Assembly: GCA_944390875.1 (NCBI GenBank)
Contig: CALXRO010000023.1
Location: 1-28,587 of the forward strand
Origin: an uncultured Rickettsiales bacterium
GTDB taxonomy: Bacteria > Pseudomonadota > Alphaproteobacteria > Rickettsiales > UBA1997
Length of the DNA stretch: 28,587 nt
Direction of reading: 5' to 3'
Both the position numbers and the translations under genes were made by a program. Position 1 is the stretch's first letter. Every line of letters begins with the position of its first letter. The notes beneath the pieces are model-generated. The model saw only the letters and a list, made by a program, of their open reading frames with translations, did no database searches and was not told the DNA's origin. Below, piece by piece: positions 9,172 through 17,111 of the stretch.

Positions 9172-9612
9172 TTATTTACAATAAATTACGTTTGATAACT
9201 TATTTGCAGGTGACAAAACTAAACTCACTTCAATCAAATCTAATGATTTTATTATTCTCCTCCCTTTTGGATCAAATGTAAATTTATTTGCAATATAACC
9301 TATACTTAGTCCCTTCAACAAATTGTTTTTTATTAATGAATAAATTTTATAATATTTTACGTAATTTACTTTTCCTTCAATATAAAGTCCAATATAATCT
9401 TCCCTTAAATTATATATATTGCCTATAATTTTATTTCTGTCATGCTGCCACAATAATGGAATTGTTTTATTTTTGGTAATCGTATCTTTAAATGCTTTAT
9501 TTATTATTATATCTTTACAAGAGTCCTCTAAGTTAAATATACTTGCATAACCAAAAAATACACCAATCTCATCAGTGTTTTTTTCTAAACTTTTTTTGTA
9601 ATTTGAAACCAA
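9172..9612 (-). CDS. HK97-family prohead (capsid maturation) protease, GTA-like
   Basis: FFGYASIF, PLLWQHD (catalytic His), GLSIGY (catalytic Ser), LIEVSLVLSPAN; TTG start, exact start uncertain. Confidence 0.9.
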   Translation of the reverse strand: MVSNYKKSLEKNTDEIGVFFGYASIFNLEDSCKDIIINKAFKDTITKNKTIPLLWQHDRNKIIGNIYNLREDYIGLYIEGKVNYVKYYKIYSLIKNNLLKGLSIGYIANKFTFDPKGRRIIKSLDLIEVSLVLSPANKLSNVIYCK

Positions 9613-9671
9613 AAACGATAATTTTTTATCATAAAAATATATTAGGACAATTATTAGACTTCGGAAGACCT

Positions 9672-9696
9672 AAAAAAATCCCCTAACGGGGATTTT
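9672..9696 (-). terminator. intrinsic terminator downstream of pal
   Basis: minus strand AAAATCCCC-GTTA-GGGGATTTT running into a 7-T tract, 24 nt after the pal stop. Confidence 0.85.
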
Positions 9697-9720
9697 GAAA
9701 GACATTAACAAAAAAATTCT

Positions 9721-10179
9721 TTATCTCTTAACTATAACAGATCTTCTGTTTTTTGACCAAACAGCCTCTCCTTTACCAAGTACTGCTGGTTTTTCTTTTC
9801 CATAGCTTATAGTCTTTATTCTTTTAGCACTTATACCTTGTGAAACAAGATATTTTTTAACAGCATTTGCTCTTCTTTGTCCAAGAGCTAAATTATATTC
9901 CCTTGTGCCTCTTTCGTCACAATGACCTTCTATTAAGATATTTACATCTTCGTTGTTTTCTAACCAATTTGCTATTTTATCTAGAGTTCTTTTTGAACGA
10001 TCACTTAAGGCCGAACTATCAAATTTAAAGAAAACTCTATCTTCTTTTGGTCGTTCGGATGCAACCTTTTCATTTATAAATGTTGCCTCTTCTTCAGTAT
10101 TAACAACATCATAGTTGTTACCCCCTCCACATGCAAACGTTAAAATCAGCAGTGGTAAAATTAAATATTTTTTGCTCAT
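9721..10179 (-). CDS. pal: peptidoglycan-associated lipoprotein Pal (OmpA-like domain)
   Basis: signal peptide ending FAC; VFFKFDSS, IEGHCDERGTREYNLALGQRRA, ISYGKEKP, NRRS. Confidence 0.95.
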   Translation of the reverse strand: MSKKYLILPLLILTFACGGGNNYDVVNTEEEATFINEKVASERPKEDRVFFKFDSSALSDRSKRTLDKIANWLENNEDVNILIEGHCDERGTREYNLALGQRRANAVKKYLVSQGISAKRIKTISYGKEKPAVLGKGEAVWSKNRRSVIVKR

Positions 10180-10313
10180 AATAGTAGTCTTTTATTAATT
10201 ATAAGTATATAATATGTCCTGTTTAATAATAGTCAATAGTTATTTATTATTCATTGATTTACTAAATATTATTATATATCGTAGTGTAACCACTATTCAT
10301 ATCCCTTGCTTTT

Positions 10314-11438
10314 TCAACGAATAAAACCATTTAGATTATTTTTTATAAGAATCAATTTTGTTTTCAAAACAATAAATTTGTTCTTAAAAAACATAGTAAT
10401 GTTATAATAATCTCTAATTAAAGCATCAACTTTTGCAAGTTTATAGCTCCAAAAACAAGTTCCAATTAGTATAAAGAAAGACAACAAAAATGTCAAATTT
10501 ACACCATAAACTGGCTTTATAGTATTACTTGTTTCATCAATATCTGCTACATTGTTCATTCTACTTTTTGTACTAGGATGAGAAGAAAAGATTGAAAAAT
10601 AACCACTATCCCCAAGCAAACTCAAGGCTTTTGACATTTCTATTCCTCCTACAACTTCTGCTCCTTGTGAGTCCGCCCTATATTCAATACTTTTACTTAT
10701 CTGTAATTGAATAAATTTATATATGTTCAATATAACAAATTTATAAAAAAAATTTATAATAAAATCCAAAAAATTATACAATGAATCTATAGCAATTGAT
10801 ATATAGTTACCTATTACTGGTATTATACATATTATTCTAACAAAAATAGTAAATATGATTTGTATGATACCAGATACAAAGTTGTTTGCTCTTTCATTTA
10901 TTATCAAAAGTAATGCTGTAAAATAATCCTTGTTTATTATATGTGAAATTTCATGACCCATTATACCTTCAACATATTTTAAAAACTGTTCTCTATTTTC
11001 TGTTTCTGATCTATATAGATTTAATAAGGCAGTTGTTATAACAATTATATTCTTTCTTAAACTGCCTACTGCATAAGCATTAACTTCATTTGAATCATTT
11101 ATATATAATTTTATGTCTTGCCTATTAAATTTTAATTTTACTTTTTCAAATGCTTCGGAAATATCATTATACTTGTCGTCCTTTGTAGCTAATACACTTC
11201 TTTTAGCATAATATCTAACACTTGAAGAAAAACAAAAATCAAAAAATAAAAAAAGTAACATAAGGGCTGTTGTAGATGATATTGATAAAAATATCAATGA
11301 TTCTATATAACGATCCTGTGCAGAAGTAGCTAAAAAATATTTTCCAAGAACTAAAAAAGTTAAAGGACTAAGTACAACTATGAAATTTAATATACTAAGT
11401 ATATATACCAATATAAAACTAAATATTTTCGCAAACAT
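10314..11438 (-). CDS. M48-family membrane Zn-metalloprotease (HtpX-like)
   Basis: NAYAVG, HEISH (HExxH), downstream EYRAD zinc ligand, FSSHP; several TM segments. Confidence 0.85.
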   Translation of the reverse strand: MFAKIFSFILVYILSILNFIVVLSPLTFLVLGKYFLATSAQDRYIESLIFLSISSTTALMLLFLFFDFCFSSSVRYYAKRSVLATKDDKYNDISEAFEKVKLKFNRQDIKLYINDSNEVNAYAVGSLRKNIIVITTALLNLYRSETENREQFLKYVEGIMGHEISHIINKDYFTALLLIINERANNFVSGIIQIIFTIFVRIICIIPVIGNYISIAIDSLYNFLDFIINFFYKFVILNIYKFIQLQISKSIEYRADSQGAEVVGGIEMSKALSLLGDSGYFSIFSSHPSTKSRMNNVADIDETSNTIKPVYGVNLTFLLSFFILIGTCFWSYKLAKVDALIRDYYNITMFFKNKFIVLKTKLILIKNNLNGFIR

Positions 11439-11444
11439 ATTTTT

Positions 11445-11924
11445 TTAATCTCCTTTCCATTCTATATTTGTTATTTCGTAATATTTTATACCACTAGGAA
11501 TCTTAATTTCAACAGATTCACCAACTTTTTTTCCTACAAGTGCTCTACCTATTGGTGAATCGACAGAAATTTTATTTTTGCCTAAATCTGTTTCAAATTC
11601 GCTTAATAAAGTATAAGTTATCCCTTTTTCTGTATCTTCATCAAGCATATGTACTGTTGCTCCAAAGTCTATAACATCACCTGATAATTTATTAATATCA
11701 ACAATCTCAGCATTTGATAATTTTTCACTCAATGAAGATATCATTGCTTCATTTATTGCTTGTTTTTCTTTTGAAGAGCTATATTCTGTATTTTCACTAA
11801 GATCGCCTAAAGCTCTTGCTTCACCTATAGATTTTGATATTTTAGGTCTTTCAATGTGAATAAGTTCATCTAGTTTATTTCTTAGCTTTTCATAACCATA
11901 CTTTGTAATTTTAAATCTCTGCAT
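11445..11924 (-). CDS. greA: transcription elongation factor GreA
   Basis: 159 aa; GDLSENTEY acidic tip, FGATV, ISVDSPIGRALVGK. Confidence 0.97.
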   Translation of the reverse strand: MQRFKITKYGYEKLRNKLDELIHIERPKISKSIGEARALGDLSENTEYSSSKEKQAINEAMISSLSEKLSNAEIVDINKLSGDVIDFGATVHMLDEDTEKGITYTLLSEFETDLGKNKISVDSPIGRALVGKKVGESVEIKIPSGIKYYEITNIEWKGD

Positions 11925-11973
11925 GTTTTTATTTTTTTATTTATAAAATATTTTAAAGTAGAATTAGTTGCTA

Positions 11974-12002
11974 TATTTATAATAACCGTTGATTTTTGTC
12001 AA
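11974..12002 (-). promoter_or_regulatory. putative greA promoter
   Basis: perfect TTGACA at 12002-11997; -10 ambiguous (TAAATA at 17-nt spacing, TATAAA at 15-nt). Confidence 0.4.
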
Positions 12003-12074
12003 GATATTATAGATACGTTCTTGATAAGAACATAATAAACTATTGCATAAAATCATAATCTTTAAATTATTTTT

Positions 12075-12103
12075 TTGCTTTGATTTTCTGATAGTGATAT
12101 AAT
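12075..12103 (+). promoter_or_regulatory. strong sigma70 promoter with extended -10, upstream of the infC leader
   Basis: TTGCTT (12075-12080), 17-nt spacer, TATAAT (12098-12103), with TG at 12095-12096. Confidence 0.65.
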
Positions 12104-12107
12104 TTTT

Positions 12108-12176
12108 ATGAAAAATATCCTTATTAAAGGATCTTTTAAATTAGAAACAGATATTGGTTACAATAAATATTCATAA
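12108..12176 (+). CDS. possible 22-aa leader peptide or small ORF (MKNILIKGSFKLETDIGYNKYS)
   Basis: open ATG..TAA starting at the predicted TSS of the 12075 promoter; no homology evidence. Confidence 0.25.
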   Translation: MKNILIKGSFKLETDIGYNKYS

Positions 12177-12306
12177 TTTATTATATATTTATTACAAAAT
12201 AAAGAAAATACTTAAAACTCATTGAAATAAAAAAACACAATAATATTATTTGATTAATACAATGTATTAAAGAATTAATTAGTAACTTTAATAAAGAGCA
12301 AATAAC

Positions 12307-12825
12307 TTGGCAAATAACGAACTAAATATAAACGAACAGATAAAGTCCAAAGAAGTCAGAGTGATAGACAACAATGGTCAAATGTTAGGAATAGTTTCAA
12401 CTTTTAAAGCTATAAGTATGGCACGAGCAGAAGGATTGGATTTAGTGGAAGTATCGCCGAATTCTGAACCTCCTGTGTGTAAAATAGCAGATTATGGTAA
12501 GATAAGATACCAAAATCAAAAAAAAGCTGCCGAAGCTAAGAAAAAACAAAAGATTATAGAGACAAAAGAAATAAAGCTTTCATTAAACATAGCCTTAGGC
12601 GATTATAATGTAAAAATAAAACAAGCAAGAAAATTTTTTGAACAAGGCAATAAAGTTAGATTTTCCTTTCAATTTAGAGGTAGAGAGATCATACACTCAG
12701 ATTTAGTTAAGGAAATGGCTGACAAAATAATAGATGAGCTTTCTGACGTTTCAAAAATTGATACAACACCAAAAATGGAAGGGAAAAAACTATTTTTTGT
12801 CCTATCGTCGTTAAATAAAAAGTAA
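12307..12825 (+). CDS. infC: translation initiation factor IF-3 (TTG start)
   Basis: INEQI-x-EVRVID, DLVEVSP, PPVCKIADYGK, KEIKL, KVRFSFQFRGRE; in-frame TAA at 12292-12294 excludes any upstream ATG start. Confidence 0.97.
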   Translation: MANNELNINEQIKSKEVRVIDNNGQMLGIVSTFKAISMARAEGLDLVEVSPNSEPPVCKIADYGKIRYQNQKKAAEAKKKQKIIETKEIKLSLNIALGDYNVKIKQARKFFEQGNKVRFSFQFRGREIIHSDLVKEMADKIIDELSDVSKIDTTPKMEGKKLFFVLSSLNKK

Positions 12826-12836
12826 AAGTAGATTTT

Positions 12837-14138
12837 ATGAAAAAACTTGTTATAGAAGGGGGCAATAGATTAAATGGTTTATTACATATATCTGGAGCAA
12901 AAAATGCTTCATTGCCCATACTTATGGCAAGTATTTTAATAAATGGAAAGTCAAAAGTGTTTAATGTTCCATCTGTAGCTGATATAACAACTACAATAGA
13001 ACTACTAACGTATTTAGGAGCCTCATTGGAAATTAATAACGATGAAATTGATGGCAAAAAAGCCTTTATCGTTGACGCAAAAAATATAAATACAGTTGAA
13101 GCACCATATGAAATAGTTAGTAAAATGAGAGCCTCTTTTTGGGTATTAGGATCTTTATTGGGCAGATTTGGTGAAGCAAAAGTTTCTTTGCCTGGTGGTT
13201 GTGCAATAGGCCCAAGACCATGTGATATATACATAGACGCATTAGAAAAAATGAATGTAGATATTAGAATAGAAAATGGATATGTTATTGCAAATGCAAA
13301 ATCAAGTAATAAAAAATTAAAAGGGGCTGATATATCACTACGTTTTCCTTCAGTTGGGGCAACACATAACACAATAATGGCAGCAACATTAGCTGAAGGT
13401 AGAACCGTTATAAGAAATGCAGCGAAAGAGCCAGAAATTGTTGATTTATGCAATTATTTATTAAATGCTGGAGCTGATATATCAAATGCTGGTACCGATA
13501 CAATTATTATCAATGGCGTTGAAGAATTATATGATAATGAATATAAAGTTATGGGGGACAGAATAGAAGCTTTTACCTATATGGTTGCAGCAGCTATTAC
13601 AGAAGGAGATCTTATACTTGATGGAATAGATTTTAAACATACACTTAAAAAACCAATTGAAATATTAAAACAAATTGGAGTTGGTTTTGATTCAATAAGT
13701 GCTGATAAGATAAGAGTATTTTATGATAAACCTTTAATACCTACTAACATTGTTACTGAGGTTTTTCCTGGTTTTCCTACTGACGCTCAGGCCTCAATGA
13801 TGACATTATTAGGTAAAACTGAAGGCGTATCAACAATAGAAGAAACAATTTTTGAAAATAGATTTATGCATGTGCCAGAATTGAATAGGCTTGGTGCAAA
13901 TATAGTTACAGATGGAAATCTTGCAACAATTAATGGTGTTAAAAATTATTCGGGTGCAAATGTTATGGCTTCTGATTTAAGAGCTGGCATGGCATTGATT
14001 CTGGCTGGCTTGGCAGCTGACGGTATAACCGAGGTAAGTAGAATATATCATATAAATAGGGGCTATGATGGTTTTATGGAAAAATTATCCAAGTGTGGCG
14101 CTAAGTTAGAATTTATAGAAAATGAAGAGAATATATAG
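12837..14138 (+). CDS. murA: UDP-N-acetylglucosamine 1-carboxyvinyltransferase
   Basis: SGAKNA, KMRAS, LPGGCAIG (active-site Cys), PSVGAT, NAAKEPEI, GFPTDAQ, IFENRFMH, ASDLRAG. Confidence 0.98.
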   Translation: MKKLVIEGGNRLNGLLHISGAKNASLPILMASILINGKSKVFNVPSVADITTTIELLTYLGASLEINNDEIDGKKAFIVDAKNINTVEAPYEIVSKMRASFWVLGSLLGRFGEAKVSLPGGCAIGPRPCDIYIDALEKMNVDIRIENGYVIANAKSSNKKLKGADISLRFPSVGATHNTIMAATLAEGRTVIRNAAKEPEIVDLCNYLLNAGADISNAGTDTIIINGVEELYDNEYKVMGDRIEAFTYMVAAAITEGDLILDGIDFKHTLKKPIEILKQIGVGFDSISADKIRVFYDKPLIPTNIVTEVFPGFPTDAQASMMTLLGKTEGVSTIEETIFENRFMHVPELNRLGANIVTDGNLATINGVKNYSGANVMASDLRAGMALILAGLAADGITEVSRIYHINRGYDGFMEKLSKCGAKLEFIENEENI

Positions 14139-14144
14139 AGTAAA

Positions 14145-14615
14145 TTATTGCTTAAATTTATCTAAACATACCCATTTACCATCTATTTTAGTATTAAGAG
14201 TCATTTTATATTCCATTTTATCGTATTCATCAAAAGCCGATTTTGCCTGATTTACACTATTTTTATTAGCATTAGTAAAAACATAAAAAACTTTTTCAAA
14301 TACATCAATAAAATCGAAGTTATCCAAAAAATTACTTATCAAAAGATAATCAGCAGAATTAAAATTTAATAACTCATTAGATAGCAAAAGCCTCTCGTAT
14401 TTTTTAGATTCATTTTTAGGATCATAAATAGAATGTGGTAAAAAATCAGTGTTCTCACAAAAATCCCACAATATTTTATCAAGTTTTTTTAATTTATCTG
14501 CAGAGTTTGAGTATAAAAGTATTTTCTTATTATTCCTAAATATAAGTTGTTTAAAAAAATTAAACAAAAATTTATTTATATCCGAATCAATACAATAAAA
14601 AATAATTTCAGTCAT
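14145..14615 (-). CDS. holC: DNA polymerase III chi subunit
   Basis: N-terminal IIFY, LDKILW...FLPHS and C-terminal GKW match the HolC pattern; divergent. Confidence 0.8.
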   Translation of the reverse strand: MTEIIFYCIDSDINKFLFNFFKQLIFRNNKKILLYSNSADKLKKLDKILWDFCENTDFLPHSIYDPKNESKKYERLLLSNELLNFNSADYLLISNFLDNFDFIDVFEKVFYVFTNANKNSVNQAKSAFDEYDKMEYKMTLNTKIDGKWVCLDKFKQ

Positions 14616-14616
14616 A

Positions 14617-15327
14617 TCATGTACTAATGTTCCATATATTATTTGGAATATATTTATCCAAAAATTCCTTATGTTTCAACAAATCTTCTTCCGAAATTTT
14701 AAAATTACGGCTTGGCAAAACTTTTTTATTTTTTATTTGTGACAAAAAATCTTCAATATCAATATTATTCAAACTAATAGAAACATTTTTATCCTCTATA
14801 AAGCTTTTTTGCGCACCACCATTGAGTTCAATATAAACATCAGCCAATAATTCAGCGTCAAGCAAGGCACCATGGAAAGTTCTTGCTGAATTGTCTATAT
14901 TGAATCTTTTACACAGAGCATCAAGATTATTTTTCTGGCCAGGAAATTTACTTTTCGCAAGAATTAAAGAGTCTATGATCTTATTTTTTAGCTTATCATG
15001 TCCCAATAATTCAAATTCATAATTTACGAATTTCATATCAAAAGTCGCATTATGTGCAACTAAAGGAGAATCGCTAAAAAAATCCAGTAATTTTTGTGCT
15101 ATTTCTGAAAATTTTGGCTTGTCAATTAATTGTTCTGTCGTTATACCATGTATACTAGATGCTTCTTCTGGCACGTCTCTTTCTGGATTTATTAATTCAT
15201 GGAAAAAATTACTAGTTCTTTTACCATCAATAAGTTCAATGCAACCGATTTCTATAAGCCTATCTCCATTTTCTGGATATAGTCCTGTAGTTTCTGTATC
15301 AAAACAAATTTCTCTATTTTGTTGCAT
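14617..15327 (-). CDS. dnaQ: DNA polymerase III epsilon subunit (3'-5' exonuclease)
   Basis: ExoI DTETTG, ExoII HNATFD, ExoIII HGALLDAELL; NNLDALCKRF; GGAQ linker. Confidence 0.97.
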   Translation of the reverse strand: MQQNREICFDTETTGLYPENGDRLIEIGCIELIDGKRTSNFFHELINPERDVPEEASSIHGITTEQLIDKPKFSEIAQKLLDFFSDSPLVAHNATFDMKFVNYEFELLGHDKLKNKIIDSLILAKSKFPGQKNNLDALCKRFNIDNSARTFHGALLDAELLADVYIELNGGAQKSFIEDKNVSISLNNIDIEDFLSQIKNKKVLPSRNFKISEEDLLKHKEFLDKYIPNNIWNIST

Positions 15328-15904
15328 TTCTGGTTTTTAACTCCTCTAAAAATTTATCAAATCCCTTTGATGTTATCAAAGAATTTACTTCGGATCTTTG
15401 TGCATTTATAAAACTTATACCTTCGGTTATTATATCTGTTATATAATATTTACCATTTTTTTCAACTATTCTAAAGTTATTTTTAATTAATTTGTCATTG
15501 TCGTATTTTACTGTAGTTTGTACTATATAAATACTACTATTTTTTTGTTTTTCTATAGAAACTATTTTATAATTATCTCCAGTGTAGTAGTGTAATACAG
15601 ACAAATAGTTTCTTATTAAAAATTTTGAATATTCTTCTATAAATTTATTTCTTTCTTCTTCTGTAATTGTTTTTTTATGTTTGCCAAGTATAAAATCTCC
15701 CATCCAATTAAAATCCAATATCTGTCTTGATAATATAAAAGTTTCAACTTCTTTTTTTCTTTGTTGGTCTAAGGATTCTATTGTTTCAAATTTTTTTGCA
15801 AAATTATTTATAAAATCAGTTATACCTTTGTTTGCATTAGCAAAAACTAAAGATATTGATAAAGCTAAAATAATTAAAATGCTTTTAAATATATTTCTTC
15901 TCAT
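15314..15904 (-). CDS. mlaC: MlaC/Ttg2D periplasmic phospholipid-binding protein
   Basis: signal peptide; LDFNWMGDFILGK, ITDIITEGISFINAQRSE; adjacent to mlaA. Confidence 0.88.
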   Translation of the reverse strand: MRRNIFKSILIILALSISLVFANANKGITDFINNFAKKFETIESLDQQRKKEVETFILSRQILDFNWMGDFILGKHKKTITEEERNKFIEEYSKFLIRNYLSVLHYYTGDNYKIVSIEKQKNSSIYIVQTTVKYDNDKLIKNNFRIVEKNGKYYITDIITEGISFINAQRSEVNSLITSKGFDKFLEELKTRNATK

Positions 15905-15906
15905 AA

Positions 15907-16710
15907 TTACCTATTTTTTATTTTATTAATATTATATCTTCTATTTTGTACATAGCTATCCCTTACAAAAATATATGGGTCAAATGATCTTTGCACAAAA
16001 TTCTTATTTAAATCAACAGCGCCGTCAACAGTATCAACATATTGAGCAAAATATTTAGGAGTCACTAGATACCAAGGAGTCCAACTTTTTTCCGTAGCAA
16101 GAGAAAGACCATTATATGATAATGGATTTATATAAAAAGATGCTGTTAAACCAAAACCATCTCTAAAACTATAAGGACCAAATATTGGTGCCATAACAAA
16201 TATTCCATTTCCGACACCATAGTATGCTAATGTTTGTCCCAAGTCTCTTTTTTCTCTTTCTACAGAAAACAACTTTTTTGCTGGATCAAATAAACCTAAA
16301 CAACCTACTGTCATATTAGCAATAAAAACAAAAAATGTTTTACTAGCATTAACAAAATCCAATTGTAATAAGGAATTAAATAATATCATTGGATCTTGGA
16401 TTCTTTCTCCAACATTAGATATAGAATCTCTAATCGCTTCATTTACATTTTTTTTATAGAAACTTATTACTGGATCAGCCACATTTTCTAATAAGAAAAC
16501 ATTAAATTTAAAAAAAACCCTATTCATACTCTCAAGTGGATCACTTATTGTATAACCTTCCTCATAAACGCTATAGTTATATAAATCATCATAATTATCG
16601 TTACTCGCTATTGCTCTTCCACGTCTATCTATTCTTATCGGTTCAGTTGTTTGGCAACCTTGTAATATTAAGGATACAAAAAGTATTAGTAATATTTTAA
16701 ATTTTAACAT
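15907..16710 (-). CDS. mlaA: MlaA/VacJ lipoprotein
   Basis: lipobox LQGC; DPLESMNR, GCLGLFDPA, DLGQTLAYYGVGNG, PIFGP-x-RD, DPYIFVRDSY. Confidence 0.92.
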   Translation of the reverse strand: MLKFKILLILFVSLILQGCQTTEPIRIDRRGRAIASNDNYDDLYNYSVYEEGYTISDPLESMNRVFFKFNVFLLENVADPVISFYKKNVNEAIRDSISNVGERIQDPMILFNSLLQLDFVNASKTFFVFIANMTVGCLGLFDPAKKLFSVEREKRDLGQTLAYYGVGNGIFVMAPIFGPYSFRDGFGLTASFYINPLSYNGLSLATEKSWTPWYLVTPKYFAQYVDTVDGAVDLNKNFVQRSFDPYIFVRDSYVQNRRYNINKIKNR

Positions 16711-17110
16711 TACCTATAACACTTTCAATATTTGATAAATCTTGCTTTTCTTTATAAGCATCAATAATTTTTTCGGCCTTATTAAAATTTATTATGTTAA
16801 TTAACTTTTCTGCAAATTCTTGTTTTTCTTCTTTTACTTCAGATAAATATTTCAAAGCATTATCATTATCTCTGTACAATATACATACAAGTCCCATTAG
16901 ATATTTTACTTTATTATTTTTTGGCCACAACCTGAGCATAATTTTTAATCTGTTGCGACATTCGTCTACAATACCATATTCAAAATATTCAATAGCCAAG
17001 TCCATATTATTTTCTTCAAGATTTTTTATTTTTTCTTTAGATTCAGAAAAAACAAATTTTATATTTTCAAAAATATTTTTTATATATTCTTTTATTTCTT
17101 TAATAGCCAT
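16697..17110 (-). CDS. hypothetical protein with TPR-like helices
   Basis: 137 aa; 1-nt gap to aas and 14-nt overlap with mlaA; LRLWPKN...KYLMGL...NALKYL resembles TPR spacing. Confidence 0.65.
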   Translation of the reverse strand: MAIKEIKEYIKNIFENIKFVFSESKEKIKNLEENNMDLAIEYFEYGIVDECRNRLKIMLRLWPKNNKVKYLMGLVCILYRDNDNALKYLSEVKEEKQEFAEKLINIINFNKAEKIIDAYKEKQDLSNIESVIGNVKI

Positions 17111-17111
17111 T

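Noticed and set aside
9583-9632. Possible -1 frameshift (A-AAA-AAA) joining an upstream ATG at 9632 to the prohead protease
   Set aside because: The TTG 9612 start already gives a normal-length N-terminus; no stimulatory structure or other need for recoding
10282-10295. TAGTG-TAAC-CACTA hairpin after the M48 gene
   Set aside because: Short stem with no U-tract; not a convincing terminator
12707-13453. 248-aa antisense ORF over infC/murA
   Set aside because: Antisense to two conserved genes with no motif; explained by codon bias of murA
16775-16802. dif-like XerD arm TTATGTTAATT
   Set aside because: Inside a CDS, and the XerC arm (GGCCTTATTAA) does not match the CGCATAA-type consensus
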